This document shows positions 49,573-63,730 of a stretch of DNA of 64,000 bases, piece by piece. Source of the stretch: Octopus vulgaris (lineage: Eukaryota); contig OX597815.1 in assembly GCA_951406725.2 (NCBI GenBank), positions 36,642,001 through 36,706,000 of the forward strand. Reading direction: 5' to 3'. The notes beneath the pieces are model-generated. The model did no database searches, was not told the DNA's origin, and saw only the letters and a list, made by a program, of their open reading frames with translations. Every line of letters starts with the position of its first letter. The stretch's first letter is position 1. Both the position numbers and the translations under genes were made by a program.

Positions 49573-50974
49573 ATGCAATTGTGTGCATGTGTACATAAAT
49601 AGCACTTGTTACCTTTGTACCTTCCGTCATCTCAAAAATTTTGCTAACATGATTCTTTTCTCTTCTTTTTAAACTCTGCTCTTTCTCATTCGGTGATATC
49701 TGTATGAAAAGTACTATTTGCATTAATTTAAGTCCACAAGTTATTTATTTATCCGAATAAATAGGGAAAGTAATCCAAAACCGTAGTAAGTTCAAATCCG
49801 AAGGCCTCTGTTAACTGCTGCGATGCGTGGTTCACTGATGTTATTCCTGCAGCACACTAAAGCAGAATTGCGGATAGAAAACTGCAAACAGGTTTTATTT
49901 AGACCCATCGTTTACTGAGCATGCGTATCTATTTATAATAAAGTATAGAACAAAATTATTTGGAAACTACAGATGCAACGTTAATTCATCCATGAAAGAT
50001 AAATCATGTTGTGTTTGTGGCCACCTTTTGAGTTTCTGCATGTCCTACATGATGGTGTTACACTACTCAAAGTTGCTATGAAGATTACCATGATTTAGCA
50101 GTGTTGGAAATTGAATATTGACAGCATTATTTCCTAGCAATTCACCATCAGTTTCTCCAGTTACTGATAATAGAGAACATTTTTGTCTGGGCACAATTAA
50201 TTCTGTTGATAAAAACCAATTTTAAGCGTTCAGTTTCTGGGTCATCTTTGGAAAGAATTTACTTGAAGGAAGATGCATACTGAGTTTTAGAGGGAAATCT
50301 TTAGCTAGTTCTTGTTTCTTATTTAGATTTAAAAATTTAGCCATGTCTTAGATAAGTCTTTCTATGAGTTTTTTTCTTTTTTTTAAAAATGCAGTTTAAA
50401 GTTTTAGTTGAATAATCCTACATTGTTATAGGATGTAGGACATCTCTGAGTTTCATGATTGCAGTGATGCCACATAATACAAGTGATTTAGACCTAATAA
50501 ACTTTGGCTTTGCATCATAACTGTTTTGACTGTACTGTTAATTGTAAAGTGTATCTGACAGGAGCAGAAGATGGTGGAACTGTTGAACTTGAAATGCCCT
50601 GAAAATTGAAGGTGTGAGGTGACTTGTTGAATGGAGACAAGAGATCACACTCAGAGATAGTTGCTACATGTGCATGCAATTGTGTGCATGTGTATATAAA
50701 TAGCACTTGCTACCTTTGTACCTTCCATCATTTCAAAAATCTTGCTAACATGATTTTAAAAAAAAAATTCTGCTCTCTTTCATTCGGTGATATCTGTATG
50801 GAAAATACTATTTGCATTAAGTTCACAAGTTATTTTATTATCCGAATAAATAGAGAAAGTAATCCAAAAAGGAGTAAGTTCAAATCCAAAAGCCTCTGTT
50901 AACTGCATAGCATGGTTCACCAACATTATCTCTGCAGCACATTAAAGTTGAATTGCGGATAGAAATAGCAAACA
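49573..50974. repeat. Diverged ~300-bp direct repeat pair (49573-49890, 50674-50974)
   Basis: Colinear from ATGCAATTGTGTGCATGTGTA to GAATTGCGGATAGAAA..GCAAACA. Confidence 0.85.
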
Positions 50975-51605
50975 CGTGGAAGTTTCAGGAACTGAGTGGC
51001 ATGCTGAGGAGGGCAGTGTTATTGAAACTGAAGGAAAATATTTATACTGCTTATAACAGAATTAGTGACCAGAAAAGGCTGGAAAGAATAAAAATGGTAT
51101 GGTGGATGAATAAAGGAAGACAATCTTTGAATTACAGATTATAATAGGAAATAGAGCCAGAAATGAATATTGTGAAGTAAAATGAGATGAGAGGGCTGGG
51201 TCATGTGCTGAGGAAGGACTACAGTGACTGGATGAGCAGAGTAATGGAAATGAAGGATGTAGAGAAAGGTGAAGACCAAGAACGACAAGGCTAAAGATGA
51301 TGATGGAGGAATTGGAGAGAGGTTGTAGAGGACAGGTCAAAATGGAATAGATTGTCATAGGGCCCACAGGACTTGTATTTTTCAGTTGGGAAAATGGACT
51401 TAAAATGCTTGTTGTAGGCATGCATGTAACTGCTTTTTCAATATTGTCAGGATTTAACTGGTTTTTCAACTCCGTTGTTTGTATTAACTAATTATTAAAG
51501 TTGCAAATATCTGTTACCAATTTGTTGTAATTACATTAATTAAATATGTCCACAATAATAATTTACCTCAAAGCAATGAGTAATAGAGAATAGAGTTGAT
51601 AATCC

Positions 51606-51868
51606 CATCATCATCGTTTAGCGTCCGCTTTCCATGCTGGCATGAGTTGGACGGTGCAACTGGGGTCTGGGAAGCCAGAAGGCTGCACCAGGCCCAGTCT
51701 GATCTGGCAATGTTTCTATGGCTGGATGCCCTTCCTAATGCCAACCACTCCGTGAGTGTAGTGGGTGCTTTTTACGTGCCACAGGCACAGGTGCCAGACG
51801 AGGCTGGTAAATGGCCACGATCGGATGGTGCTTTTTACGTGCCACCGGCACGGAGGCCAGGCGAAGCT
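51606..51868 (-). mobile_element. Repeat family C
   Basis: Matches 10845-11055. Confidence 0.8.
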
Positions 51869-52286
51869 GATCAGAATAAATTCACATCTTCAGATATCTA
51901 TCATAACTATACATCATGGTCCAACAGTGGCTTCCCAGTAGAATGCTAAAACTATTCCCCTGATAGAAACAGTATGTTTAATTCACATCCATAGTTTAAT
52001 GTACACTTGTATACATTAATGATAGAATAGGGAATAAAATAAACAATTATTTAGAGAAGTATAAAAACAAAAGGCAAACCATTGACATATACCTATCATG
52101 TGCATAGACTCAATGTGAAATAAAAGGCATCTCATACCAGCTAAGTTGCAAAATTACCAAGAAAGTTTAGAAAGTGTCAGCTAATTACTAGTTTCTATAT
52201 AAAATAGAGTGTTGTGGTTTAGTTGTGTACCTCTGTTAGTATTTAGTACCAGATCAGCTGTAAACCACCCAATCTTTATGCATATA

Positions 52287-52662
52287 GGTGCAGGAGTGGC
52301 TGTGTGGTAAGTAGCTTGCTAACCAACCACATGGTTCCGGGTTCAGTCCCACTGCGTGGCATCTTGGGCAAGTGTCTTCTGCTATAGCCCCGGGCCGACC
52401 AATGCCTTGTGAGTGGATTTGGTAGACGGAAACTGAAAGAAGCCTGTCATATATATATATGTATGTGTTTGTTCCCCTAGCATTGCTTGACAACTGATGC
52501 TGGTGTGTTTACATCCCTGTCACTTAGCAGTTCGGCAAAAGAGACATATAGAATAAGTGCTGGGCTTACAAAGAATAAGTCCTGGGGTTGATTTGCTCGA
52601 CTAAAGGCAGTGCTCCAGCATGGCCGCAGTCAAATGACTGAAACAAGTAAAAGAGTAAAGAG
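52287..52662 (+). mobile_element. Full-length SINE family A
   Basis: Head-to-tail match to other copies. Confidence 0.88.
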
Positions 52663-53335
52663 TATAGGATTGCATTATGATTAGGATGTAATTTGAGGGA
52701 GATTTAGCTACTAGTTCTAACATCTCAAGTGGTGTGTATTTGCTTCTTTGTGGTTTGTGTAATCTCAGTCTGCCCCGTGGCACATTGCTGGTTGCACACT
52801 GGTATGTGAACCACAAATCTTACTCTTCCTACTATGCCATGCTGCCTCCTATTTTAAGACACGACTGCACACTGTGTGGTATTTCTTTTTAACTACCCTA
52901 TCCGCCAAAACAAACTTCATGTTGTCAGGGCAGTGTCCTCTCATCTTGATTGGTGCTTTTGCTACATTTCAACTGTCTATGCTCCTCACTCCTCAGGTGT
53001 TTTGTGATTCATCTTATGGAATTGAATTCATAACCTCTAGGTGACTGCACCACATTTCAGTGCCTTTATCCACTACACTATGCTTGTAAGCAGTTTCAGA
53101 GTGAATTTTTAAGACTTATAAACCTCCAGTGAGGTTTATAAAAACAAAATGCTATTTTTATCCTAACGAGCACAAGCTTAATTGCAATTAAAGGAAGAAC
53201 ACTTACAGGCATTATTTTTGCCTGGGATGTGGTACAAATGAATTCAAAATATCAGTCTTTGATAATGTGACTGTACAACTTAGAATTAATATTTTGCGAC
53301 TACATTATTATTTTCTCTCTTTCTCTGTCTCTCTC

Positions 53336-53383
<48 letters not shown>

Positions 53384-55061
53384 CGTTTTGACTTATTAGG
53401 TCTGGAGGAACTTTGCAGGCCCTCCTACAACAGTGAAATTAATGCCATTAATATTCTTTGTGTATCTATGTAAGTCAATATCTGCAGGAAAGATAGGGAT
53501 AATGAGGGAATCCCAGAGGGCTGACCTGAGAAGAAAGAACTGGGTGTAGGGATTAGTTCAGGGCCAGAGGGCTGGACACAAAAAGGATGATGAGAAGATG
53601 TCTGAGACAAGAATGACTGAATGGAGGTGATATGTGCTCAACCAGATCTAAGCAGTAGAAGCCGTTATAGTAATAATAGAAAAGGCAGAGAAGAGACAGC
53701 ACATCTGAGGACCAGAGACTGGAACATGTTTGTGAATAATGTTATGCCAGTCAGTTGGCTGACCCTTTTCTGGATGTGGTTGAAGTTATGGCAATATTTG
53801 CTTTAAATTTGTTTTTAAATGAAATTTCTTTGCACCACAGTCTTCACTGCTGTTTTGTTAATGCTTGACCCAAGACAGTTCCCAATCAAATAAACCAATG
53901 ATCAAAAGTATCCTAGCCATGACTATCTTGTCTGTTTATTCAGCTATAGTGTACCTAGGACTACATTATCTAATGTGTCTTTTCCTGTTTTAGAGACAGC
54001 ATGGTGTGATATAATGGTGATCTGGCTGTTACTTCTTATAGTTTTTAACTGTTTACTGAAATTGAACAAGTGAGTCTCTATGTAGTCACTTGACTCGCCT
54101 GAAATAACTGCCAAATTTCCCCTCAAATCAGACCTATTGAGACCAAAATGAGACCAAATGAGAAGGTCATGGTTGGAATAGCTTTGATCATAGGTCTGCT
54201 TCAACAGAGTTGATTGTTGCTGTGCTCAGTGTTATCTATAATTATAGTCAAACTTTATTTAAAAAGTTGACACAATCTCTTCTAGCTTTATAGAAGAAAG
54301 AAAATAGGAAATAGTGACATTCATTCATTTCCAAGTGGTATAAATGCATCAAAGAGATACCAACCAGAATCAGAACATGAGGAACTGTAAGGTTCTGAGA
54401 AATGGGAAGTTGTGATTTACATGATTTGCAAGGAATTGAAATTAAATTTCACTTATAATGTTCTTTTAATCGTATGTGAAATCTGATAAATTTAGAAGAG
54501 ATTAAATGAGGGATTTTACATAAATGCTTTAGTGGAAGTAGTTCAGATTTGGAATAGATACAAGGCCATAAAATGTATAAAGAAGGAGAATGAAATTATG
54601 TGTTGGAGGTTTCTATGTAGTTGCATAGTGTACCTGATAACTTTCCTATCCCTTTTGGTCCTACTTGGTTACAATCAACCCAAAACCATCCCTAGTTTCA
54701 TGATACGAACATCCTATTTTAAACTGATTTAAAAACCTTCCATCAAAATTTTGTGTTAATTTACGTTTCAAATCCTAGCTTGATAATGACTGAGTTACTA
54801 AATTCTTCATTATTTTCACAATTAATTGAAACCAAAGCAGTGTATTTCAGTTGAAATATGGTAACATAAGTGACATGGTTTAGACTTTAGGATGATATTT
54901 TCTTATTAGAAGATAGAATGATTTTCTCAAGAAATGCCAGTTCACTGTTTGCTTTACCCATTACAACTGATTTATTCAAGCACAGCTGTTAAGGATTACC
55001 CAACAATTATAGATTTATTTACCTCACTTGTAAATTCTTTAGTTTTGAAATGTATTTATAT

Positions 55062-55830
55062 AGGCGGCGAGCTGGCAGAAATGTTAGCACACCGGGCAAA
55101 ATGCATAGCCGTATTTCGTCTGCTGTTACATTCTGGGTTCAAATTCCGCCGAGGTCAACTTTGCCTTTCATCCTTTTGGGGTCGATTAAATAATTACCAG
55201 TTACGCACTGGGGTTGATGTAATCGTCTTAATCTGTTTGTCTGTCCTTGTTTGTCCCCTCTGTGTTTAGCTCCTTGTGGGTAGTAAAAAAATATATTTTT
55301 GAAATGTATTTATATAGGCGGCGAGCTGGCAGAAACGTTAGCACGCCGGGCGAAATGCGTAGCTGTATTTCGTCTGCCATTATGTTCTGGGTTCAAATTC
55401 CGCCGAGGTTGACTTTGCCTTTCATCCTTTTGGGGTTGATAAATTAAGTACCAGTTAATCACTGGGGATCGATACAATCGACTTAATCCGTTTGTCTGTC
55501 CTTGTTTGTCCCCTCTGTGTTTAGCCCCTTGTGGGTAGTAAAGAAATATATTTTTGAAATGTATTTATATTCCATCTCAGCAGATATTTATTTCAATATA
55601 TTCAATATTTAAGGTGGCAAGCTGACAGAATTGTTAGCATGCTGGGCAAAATGCTTAGCAGCATTTCATCTGTCTTTAACAGTCTGAGTTCAAATTCTAC
55701 TGATGTCGATTTTGCCTTTCATCCTTTTGGGGGTCAATAAATCAAGTACTAGTTGAGCACAGGGATCGATCTAATTGACTTAACCCCTTCCCCCAAAATT
55801 GCTGCTTTTGCCAAAATTTGAAATCAGTAT
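55062..55830 (+). mobile_element. Three SINE family B copies; the first two are bracketed by a triplicated 19-bp site
   Basis: TTTTGAAATGTATTTATAT at 55043, 55297 and 55552. Confidence 0.88.
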
Positions 55831-57221
55831 ATTCAAATTTTTTTAAATTTGTATACCAGCTTTTTGTTTTCTCCAGGCAGTCATGCTTGATCACTGCAAG
55901 GGTTAAAAGTAATCTATTTCTTTGATTTTGTTACACATGTGTGTGTGTATACACACACATATACACACACACAAACACACACACAAACACACACACACAA
56001 ACACACACACAAACATACACACACACGCAACTACATTGTCTAATGATTTTGATCTAGTTTTTATTTTTTTCTTAAGAAGGTAAAGTGTAATTTTAAGGTA
56101 ATTTGGCTGTTAATCCCAGCTGATTAAGCATCCGTATAGTGGCTCTTCATTGTCTCATGAGATTATCTTGTTGACTTCTATATCAATAGGTTCTGGTGAT
56201 CACTGCAGTGGAAGTGGATTCAATGAGAGTGCAGCAATTGTTCCTTTGTGCTTATTGATGGCTTTGCTACCCAGTACAGTGTTTTTTGCTGATGAGATTA
56301 TTGATGCTTCTGCTAGTCTGTATGTAGATGTGTGTTTTGTGTTTGACTGGACTGAGGGAGAAGGATAGTGTTGGGGTAATATTGAAGATAGATTTGTGCT
56401 TTAGAGTTGATTTTATGTGTAGTAGAAGAGACTGCAATGGTTGGAGTTTGCTGCAATAATAAACTATGCTCCTAACATGTCCACATCAACATTCATTTCG
56501 AATATGTTTATTTCATTGTGGCCTTGTACAGTTTGTAATGATGTGCTGCAAACGGTTTTGTGTTTGCTATATAAATAAAATGAAGTAGTTCATAATGGCA
56601 ATTAAAACAGTCACAGTCACAGTCATCTGTAGGTGTCTGCTAATTATAATTTCCGACATAAGCACTAGGTTACTCATTTTTGAAGGGGGGCGGGGAACAA
56701 TCAATTAAAATGTGTCTTCAGTGGTACTTGACTGCTACTTTTCTTGTTAACACCAAAAAAGACAAAAGGCGAAGTTGTCTTTGGCAGGATTTCAACTTGG
56801 AATATAAGAGGATATAACTAAGTAAAATAAGGCATTTTCTTTGCCATTCTATCAATTCTGCTAATCCACTTCCCTCAATAATCATTTCTGAGAAAGAAAA
56901 AAAAAACAAACTCTAAAATCAAGAGGGATGATATTTTTCACTTAATTTGCTACTAGCAAACTTGTTTGCCATGCTGTGCCAGGGAAACATCTATAGAATT
57001 GATTTGCTTCTTGTAAGATGTTGCATGAACATGATGTTAGTTAATCAATGAACTTTGGCAATCCTCTCCAATATAATACATGCAAACTTAAATCATTGAA
57101 ATATATAATCATTCAACTAATCTCAACTCCCTAAAATTACTGGTCTTGAGCTAAAATTTAAAACCAGTATTTTTACTATTATCTTAATATAATTTACTAT
57201 GAGATTATTTTCAGGTCTGCG

Positions 57222-57750
57222 GAAGCAGTGAACTGGCAGAGTTGTTACTGAGCTGGACAAAATGCTTATCAGATTTTCTTCCAGATTTATGTCCTGAGTT
57301 CAAATGCTGCTGAGGCCCACTTTGCCTTTGTTTCTTTTGGAGTTGATAAACAAGTGCCAGTTGAGCACTGGGGTCGATGTAATTATCTAACCTCCTCCTC
57401 CCAACAAAAATTGTAGGCCTTGTGCATATAGTAGAAAGGACTATTATCAGACCTGTAAGAGTGGCACAAGTAGTTACATGCTGAGTAGTAATTAATTTCA
57501 TTGATTAATGGCTGAGTTCAAATCCTGCTAGAAGCTTCAACATTGCATTTTATCCCACCATTGGGCTGCAGGAAATATTTGCTATATTTTGGTGTTAGGA
57601 AGGGCATCCAGCTGTAGAAACTTTGCCAGATCGGATTGGAGCCGGGTACAACCTTCTGGCTTGCCAGCCCCCTGTCAAACCGTCCAACGCATGCCAGCAT
57701 GGAAAGCGGCCATTTAACGATGATGATGATGATGATGATGATGACGATGA
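57222..57750 (+). mobile_element. Old SINE B copy and family C 3' end
   Basis: Degenerate B body at 57222-57440. Family C with (GAT)n tail at 57590-57750. Confidence 0.7.
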
Positions 57751-58349
57751 GTTCAATAGACAACTGCTCCAACACATTATCTGTGTGTGTGTGTGCGTGT
57801 GTGTAAGTGTGGATCACATTAACCAATAGAAATATATACGAGGTCAAGAGGTCACCAGCTGACCAGAGTATATCAAAACCCATGTAGTGTAGTGGGCAGA
57901 GATGAAAACATCAGAACTTTTTGCTTAGTATTTAGGATTTGATTAATGTTTAAGAAGTGTTCACATCAAAACACTGACAACATTTAGTTGCAAACTTGTT
58001 ACTTTTCATTAATCTCATTTTTTTTTCTTCTACTTAGCAACTTTTGTTTTTCCATATTTGTTTATCTTGCTCAGTGTTTCACAATACTAACAAATATTAT
58101 TTCCATTTTCTCTCTTTTAACACAACAATGGTTGAGATTAAATAAAACTCAGGCTTGTTTCAATAGCAGTGCTGGAGCTCTACTTTCATAGGTTTTAGCT
58201 GATTGCATTGGTTCCACTATTTATTTCAGTTTGGTACTTATTTTGTTAATTGCTGTTTATTGAATGACTAAGTTAAATTTAAAAATAAAGGGGCTTACAG
58301 TTTTTATATTGGTGTTTTGCTTACACCCCTCCACATGTACTTGCACAGT

Positions 58350-58386
<37 letters not shown>

Positions 58387-59149
58387 TAGGGTATCCAGCC
58401 ATAAAAAATCATACCAAAGCAGACATTCAGACATTGGAGTTCCTCTGACTCGAAGGCTCCGGTCACACCATCAAACCAGGCAAACCTGGAAAACAAACAT
58501 TAAACCACATTGATGATGTGTGTATATATATGCATACACACACACAGATATGTCCATATACACACACACATAACAGGCTTCTACATGGAATGTCTCAAAT
58601 TCCACCCTTGAAAGCATTAACCTACTGTATTAAGCACTTGCCAAAGATATTGCACAGTAGGATTGAATCTGGAACCATGCAGTTGTGAAACAGACTGCTT
58701 AACCACACAGCCAAGCCTGCATCTAGACTGATTGCAATGTTTAATTTTATTTTTCTATTATTTCCTGATTTGGATAAACCTGAAGATCTTTGGATATAGA
58801 TTTAAACAGTTGATGGATTCTGTTTGATTACTGGAATCCAGGAAACAGAAATAGTACTTTGGTACATTTATGTAATACTATTTTCTGAGTATTTTACTTG
58901 TTGATTGCACATGATTGGCTTTTCCACTGCAGCCAACTTTACACATTGTGAAGAATCTAGATCCACAGAAATCAGCAACAGTTATTCCTTAGAAAAGTTC
59001 ATAGTTCTATAAGTTCAGTGACATTAGGAGTGAAGAATATAACATTTCATCTCATTCATCTTTTTCTGGTAGTGAAAAACATATCTTATACATATCCTCC
59101 AATTTGCTTTGAGTTAGGATAAAAAAAACCTGCTAAGTATAATTCTTAA

Positions 59150-59537
59150 TCCTTTTGTTACCAAAGTTTCAGTTAATTTTGAAAATAATGAAGAGCTTAG
59201 TAAGATAATTTTGTCATAATTAATCTGAGGTTTGTAACAAATTAACCTGAACGTTATTTACACTATTTACATTCGACGGATATTTGTCCTCATTTTGTTT
59301 GTTGTTAACACAACGTTTTGGCTGATATACCCTCCAGCCTTCTTCACAACAAACAAGATGAGGACAAATATATGTCAAATGTAAATAATGTAAATAATGT
59401 ACATAATTCCTCATTTCTTAAATATAGAACTGAAATTAACATGAAGTTTTGATGGAAAGATTTAATTTAAGTTACTTTAAGACAGCATGTTTGTATCATG
59501 ACCAGGGGTGGTCTTAGAGAGGTTGGTATCAAAAGAG
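59150..59537. mobile_element. piggyBac-like MITE (TTAA flanks) with a nested 186-bp insertion
   Basis: TTAA|TCCTTTTGTTACCA ... TGGTATCAAAAGAG|TTAA. Related to 63511-63730 in the opposite orientation. Confidence 0.7.
59247..59432 (-). mobile_element. Penelope-like insertion with inverted arms, 8-bp TSD and a decayed hammerhead
   Basis: TSD AAATTAAC (59239-59246, 59433-59440). Arms ~59254-59305 / 59346-59398. Minus strand reads UGAAGA-A-GGCUG(GAGGGUAUAU)CAGCC-AAAAC-GUU. Confidence 0.65.
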
Positions 59538-60224
59538 TTAATGCCTTTTGTTATCTTCTTCTAACTGTTTCACCATAAGCAAAATTATTTTATGCAAGAA
59601 TTGGTTTCAGTTCCTTAAAGTCAATTAATAATATTCTGGTCTCTACTACTGTTTCTTTGGATCCATCAGCAACATGGTGCAGGGGCAGAGGCAACAGCCT
59701 GTTCTCCAATGCATACTGCCCAAGCTTGAAAGATAGAACTGGACAACTCAAGCAGCAAAGACTGTTGTCATTCATGCATTGGACTGTTCAACCACAGACA
59801 ATGCTGTTCTAGTAGGGTGGATCACTAGGATTTTCATCCATGATCATTAACTACCTTTGATCTGCAGCATATGCAGTGATGCATTAAATTTAAAAACAAA
59901 AATATTTTATATGTTTTGAGAAGTTATGCCTAGCTTTTCACACAGGGCTTTTCATTGGATCCACATCCTGTTATACATATATATCTTCTGAAATTCTTAA
60001 AACAAAGCTGTTACCATATATTTTTCACTCTAGTTGTGTTGATTGAAACATTTGAAATGTATATGCATTTAGCAGGCAACACACTGCCACTGTACTGAGG
60101 ACAATATGAACTAACAGGTAAAAGTATATTACACATAGTTTATAATGGGACTCCTCTTTGGTTGGGAGGAAGTGATATTTGTTCCCTCATACACAACTTT
60201 TAAAAGTTTGAGAATTTTGCATGT

Positions 60225-60490
60225 AAGAGAACCATCCAAATGTGGCCGTTGCCAGCGCCGCCCCGACTGGCCTCCGTGCCGGTGGCACATAAAAAGCACC
60301 ATCCGATCGTGGCCGTTGCCAGCCTCGCCTGGCACCTGTGCCGGTGGCACGTAAAAAGCACCCACTACACTCACGGAGTGGTTGGCGTTAGGAAGGGCAT
60401 CCAGCTGTAGAAACATTCCCAGACCCCAGTTGAACCGTCCAACCCATGCTAGCATGGAAAGTAGACACTAAACGATGATGATGATGATGA
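60225..60490 (+). mobile_element. Repeat family C with (GAT)n tail
   Basis: Reverse complement of the 10845 and 51606 copies. Confidence 0.8.
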
Positions 60491-61407
60491 TTTCCACAGA
60501 AGTACTATCCTCTCAATAAGATAACTTTCCTCATAGAATGACATCGATTAGCTCAACTTGGACAAATTTTATAAAATTGGTAAACAGCTCTCTAACAAGC
60601 CACAAGTCCAGCACTGTGGATGAAGAAATATAAGTTGTTCAGTTAGTTAGATAAAACTGAATGCTGGGATAAGATTGAAGCTTCCAGGTTGCTTTGAAAT
60701 TCTTCCACATAATATTTGCTGCTTTCTGGCAGGAGGGTAGAAGTGGTTGGGGAGAAAAACAGAACAAGGTTCTGGTGATGTCAAATAGTAAAAAAAAAAG
60801 AAAGAAAGACAGTTTCAAGAATGATGATGTAGGAGTGACACTTGTTTGGCAGTAAACAATAACGAAGATGCTGCACATCAGCTCTTTAACCACTCAGCTA
60901 CTACACTTTCATAATAGACATATTCTTTGTGATATCCAACCAGGCTTTCTACTATATCTATCTATTTGAACCACCTCTCAGTGGCTGTTTTCTAAACCCT
61001 TCAGAGTTTTCAGTAGATTAACAGCCTGTTGTTATTAGAATGTTACCTAAGAAAAAAAAAAAGAAGAATCCTCCTAAACATTCCTTACCAATTTGTAAAC
61101 CTTTGATGCAGTCTTTATCCCCACCCCTCTATTTTTAAACCACTGATGCTTTGTTAGTGTGTGCTTATGTGCTATGTTTATTCAAAACTATTCACTTCTG
61201 ACATTCTCCCTCTGTTTTATATTCCCTCATATTTTCTCTGTTTCATTTTCTCTTGCTTTCTCCTGCTCCCCCCTTCATTTTTCTCTCATTGCTTTGCCTA
61301 CATCTCTTTTTCTGCTTTCTTCCCTTTCCTTCATATATACTCCTAGTAATCACTTCTAAATGAAGATCTACTTGCCAAATTCATGTACTTTCTCAGGTAC
61401 CTATTTT

Positions 61408-61449
<42 letters not shown>

Positions 61450-62344
61450 ACATGCATATACACAGTTGGGTTTAGTGTGCTAGTTGCAAGGAATGCTGGG
61501 AGCACCATTTTAGAGATTTAAATTTATATATTTATATATTCAAGATTTTTCTTTTTCTTACTTACACAGATTGTAGCAAGGTTGGTATTAATAATAGCAA
61601 AAAAATTGTCAAATATCTTCAGTTAACTCTGTCAAGCAAAACCTTCAGCAGAGAGATAGTTAATGAAATAAAACAGCCACTTGCTATTTTTAGCTGTAGT
61701 TATTCAAAGTTAGAGTGTAGAAGTTGTACCCATAAGATTTAAATACGTAGTTCCAGTTTTAAAACATTATTGGTTTTGTCGAGAAAATTTTGACTGCTAC
61801 ATTAATAAGTCAGGTCAAGTAATTCCACAGAAGCTCCCTTTGTAGCAAGTGTCACACAGTTGGATACACATCTTAAGGTAAAGATAAAAATTAAGTAGAT
61901 AATATATTATCCAATCAGATTATGTTTTGTGTATTAATATTTACTCTAGGTGTCTTTGTATGTCTATGAGCACATTATTGAATTTGACGTGCCTCATTTT
62001 CTTAGTAAATTTAACTTGTGATAAACTGACAAAGCTAATCATAAGCTTGTCAATCTTCTGATTCATGGACACATTTAGAAATAATTTTGTATACTAACCA
62101 CTAAACTGTTATTATTTTTAGCTAAGCAGACGATTTCAACTTTTGACCTTTTGGCTCAGTAGTTTAGTATCACAACTATGAGTAAACTTTTGATCTCTCA
62201 TCTAAATCATTCCTATGTATTGATGAATCTCAGATTCATTCCAATATATGTGTTTTTAATTCTTTTTGCTATTGGACAACCTCCTTAGGGCTAGTGTCAT
62301 AATTCATGGCTGTTTGGGTAGAGGAATACCTAACATATTACTCT

Positions 62345-62640
62345 TATTCTTTTACTTGTTTCAGTCATTTGACTGTGGCCATGCTGGAGCACCGCCTTTA
62401 GTCGAGCAAATCGACCCCAGCACTTATTCTTTGTAAGCCTAGTACTTATTCTATCGGTCTATTCTATCGTCGTTACATTTTGAGTTCAAATTCTGCCGAG
62501 ATCGACTTTGCCTTTCATCCTTTCGGGGTCGATAAATTAAGTACCAGTTTTGCACTGGGGTTGACGTAATCGACTTAATCCCTTTGTCTGTCTTTGTTTG
62601 TCCCCTCTATGTTTAGTCCCTTGTGGGTAGTAAAGAAATA
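62345..62640. mobile_element. SINE A 3' end (-) fused to a headless SINE B (+)
   Basis: Junction near 62460-62470 with duplicated TATTCTATCG. Confidence 0.8.
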
Positions 62641-63510
62641 TTTAGGGTTAAAGTTCAGTATTCTGTATTTATGAATTTTTTGTTTTGCTCGCTCCATCAT
62701 CTATTGACACATGTTTTGATATCCTTAGATCTCATCAGTTTTACTCATGGACAATATGGATATGTCCAGCTTGGTGTTCAAGTGTATTACTATGTGCTTC
62801 TCTATTTCATTCATTTCTCCTGCATATCTATGGTCTATACATCATCATTATTGTTTAACATCTATTTTCCATAGTGGCATGGGCTGAATGGTTTGAGAGG
62901 AACTGACAAACCAGAGGATTGCACCCAGCTCTGTCTGCTTTGGTGTGGTTTCTATTGTTGGATGCCATTCCTAACATCAACCACTGTACAAAATGTACTG
63001 GGTGCTTTTTTTCAGTAGCAATGGCACTAGTGAGGTCACCATATAATTTGAAAAACCTCTCAAATTAATTGATGGGGGCCTAGTATGAAGGGAAGTGGTT
63101 TTATGCTAGGTGTTGAGAGGTTACCATAAACGTGTTGTATTCATGAAAAGAATGAAAAAATTAAATTTTACTCTAAATCAAGAATTAAAGTTTGAAAATG
63201 GTGAAGAACTACTTCAGTTAGATAAACTTTAGCTATTGGTCAGAGATGGGATCTGGCTGTGCAGTAGACTGAACTCAAAAACATGTAGTGACAATTTTTT
63301 TTGCATTGACCACTAAATTATTTTTACACCACCCTCCCAGTTGCATAGTTTGGGTGGATGGGAGTCGAGTTGTGTGTGTGTGTGTGTTGGAGGTAGGGGG
63401 ATACAATCTGCCCCAGGCAATGCTTTTAAAGGAGCAATGTTTTAAGGTTTCATTCCCATCAAACAAAATTCCACCAGTTCAAATGAATTTCCTCAGTTAA
63501 AAATATTTAA

Positions 63511-63730
63511 CCATTTCGTTACCAACGTGGCTGAAACCGTCTCTGGCTCTGAGTACAAATGCCTTGTTTTTAGAAGTTTTGAATTAAAATCTTCCACCAA
63601 ACTTTTGTCACAATTTATGTTCCTAACACTAGCTGAATGATAATTAAGTTATTTTACTAAATTCTTTGTTATAGTTAAAGTAATTGAAAGAAACACAGAG
63701 CATCTCAAAATAAATACAGTAACAAAAGGT
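63511..63730. mobile_element. piggyBac-like MITE
   Basis: TTAA|CCATTTCGTTAC ... GTAACAAAAGGT|TTAA. Confidence 0.7.

Noticed and set aside
59600-59870. GC-richer segment that could be an exon
   Set aside because: No recognisable protein and no clear splice sites.
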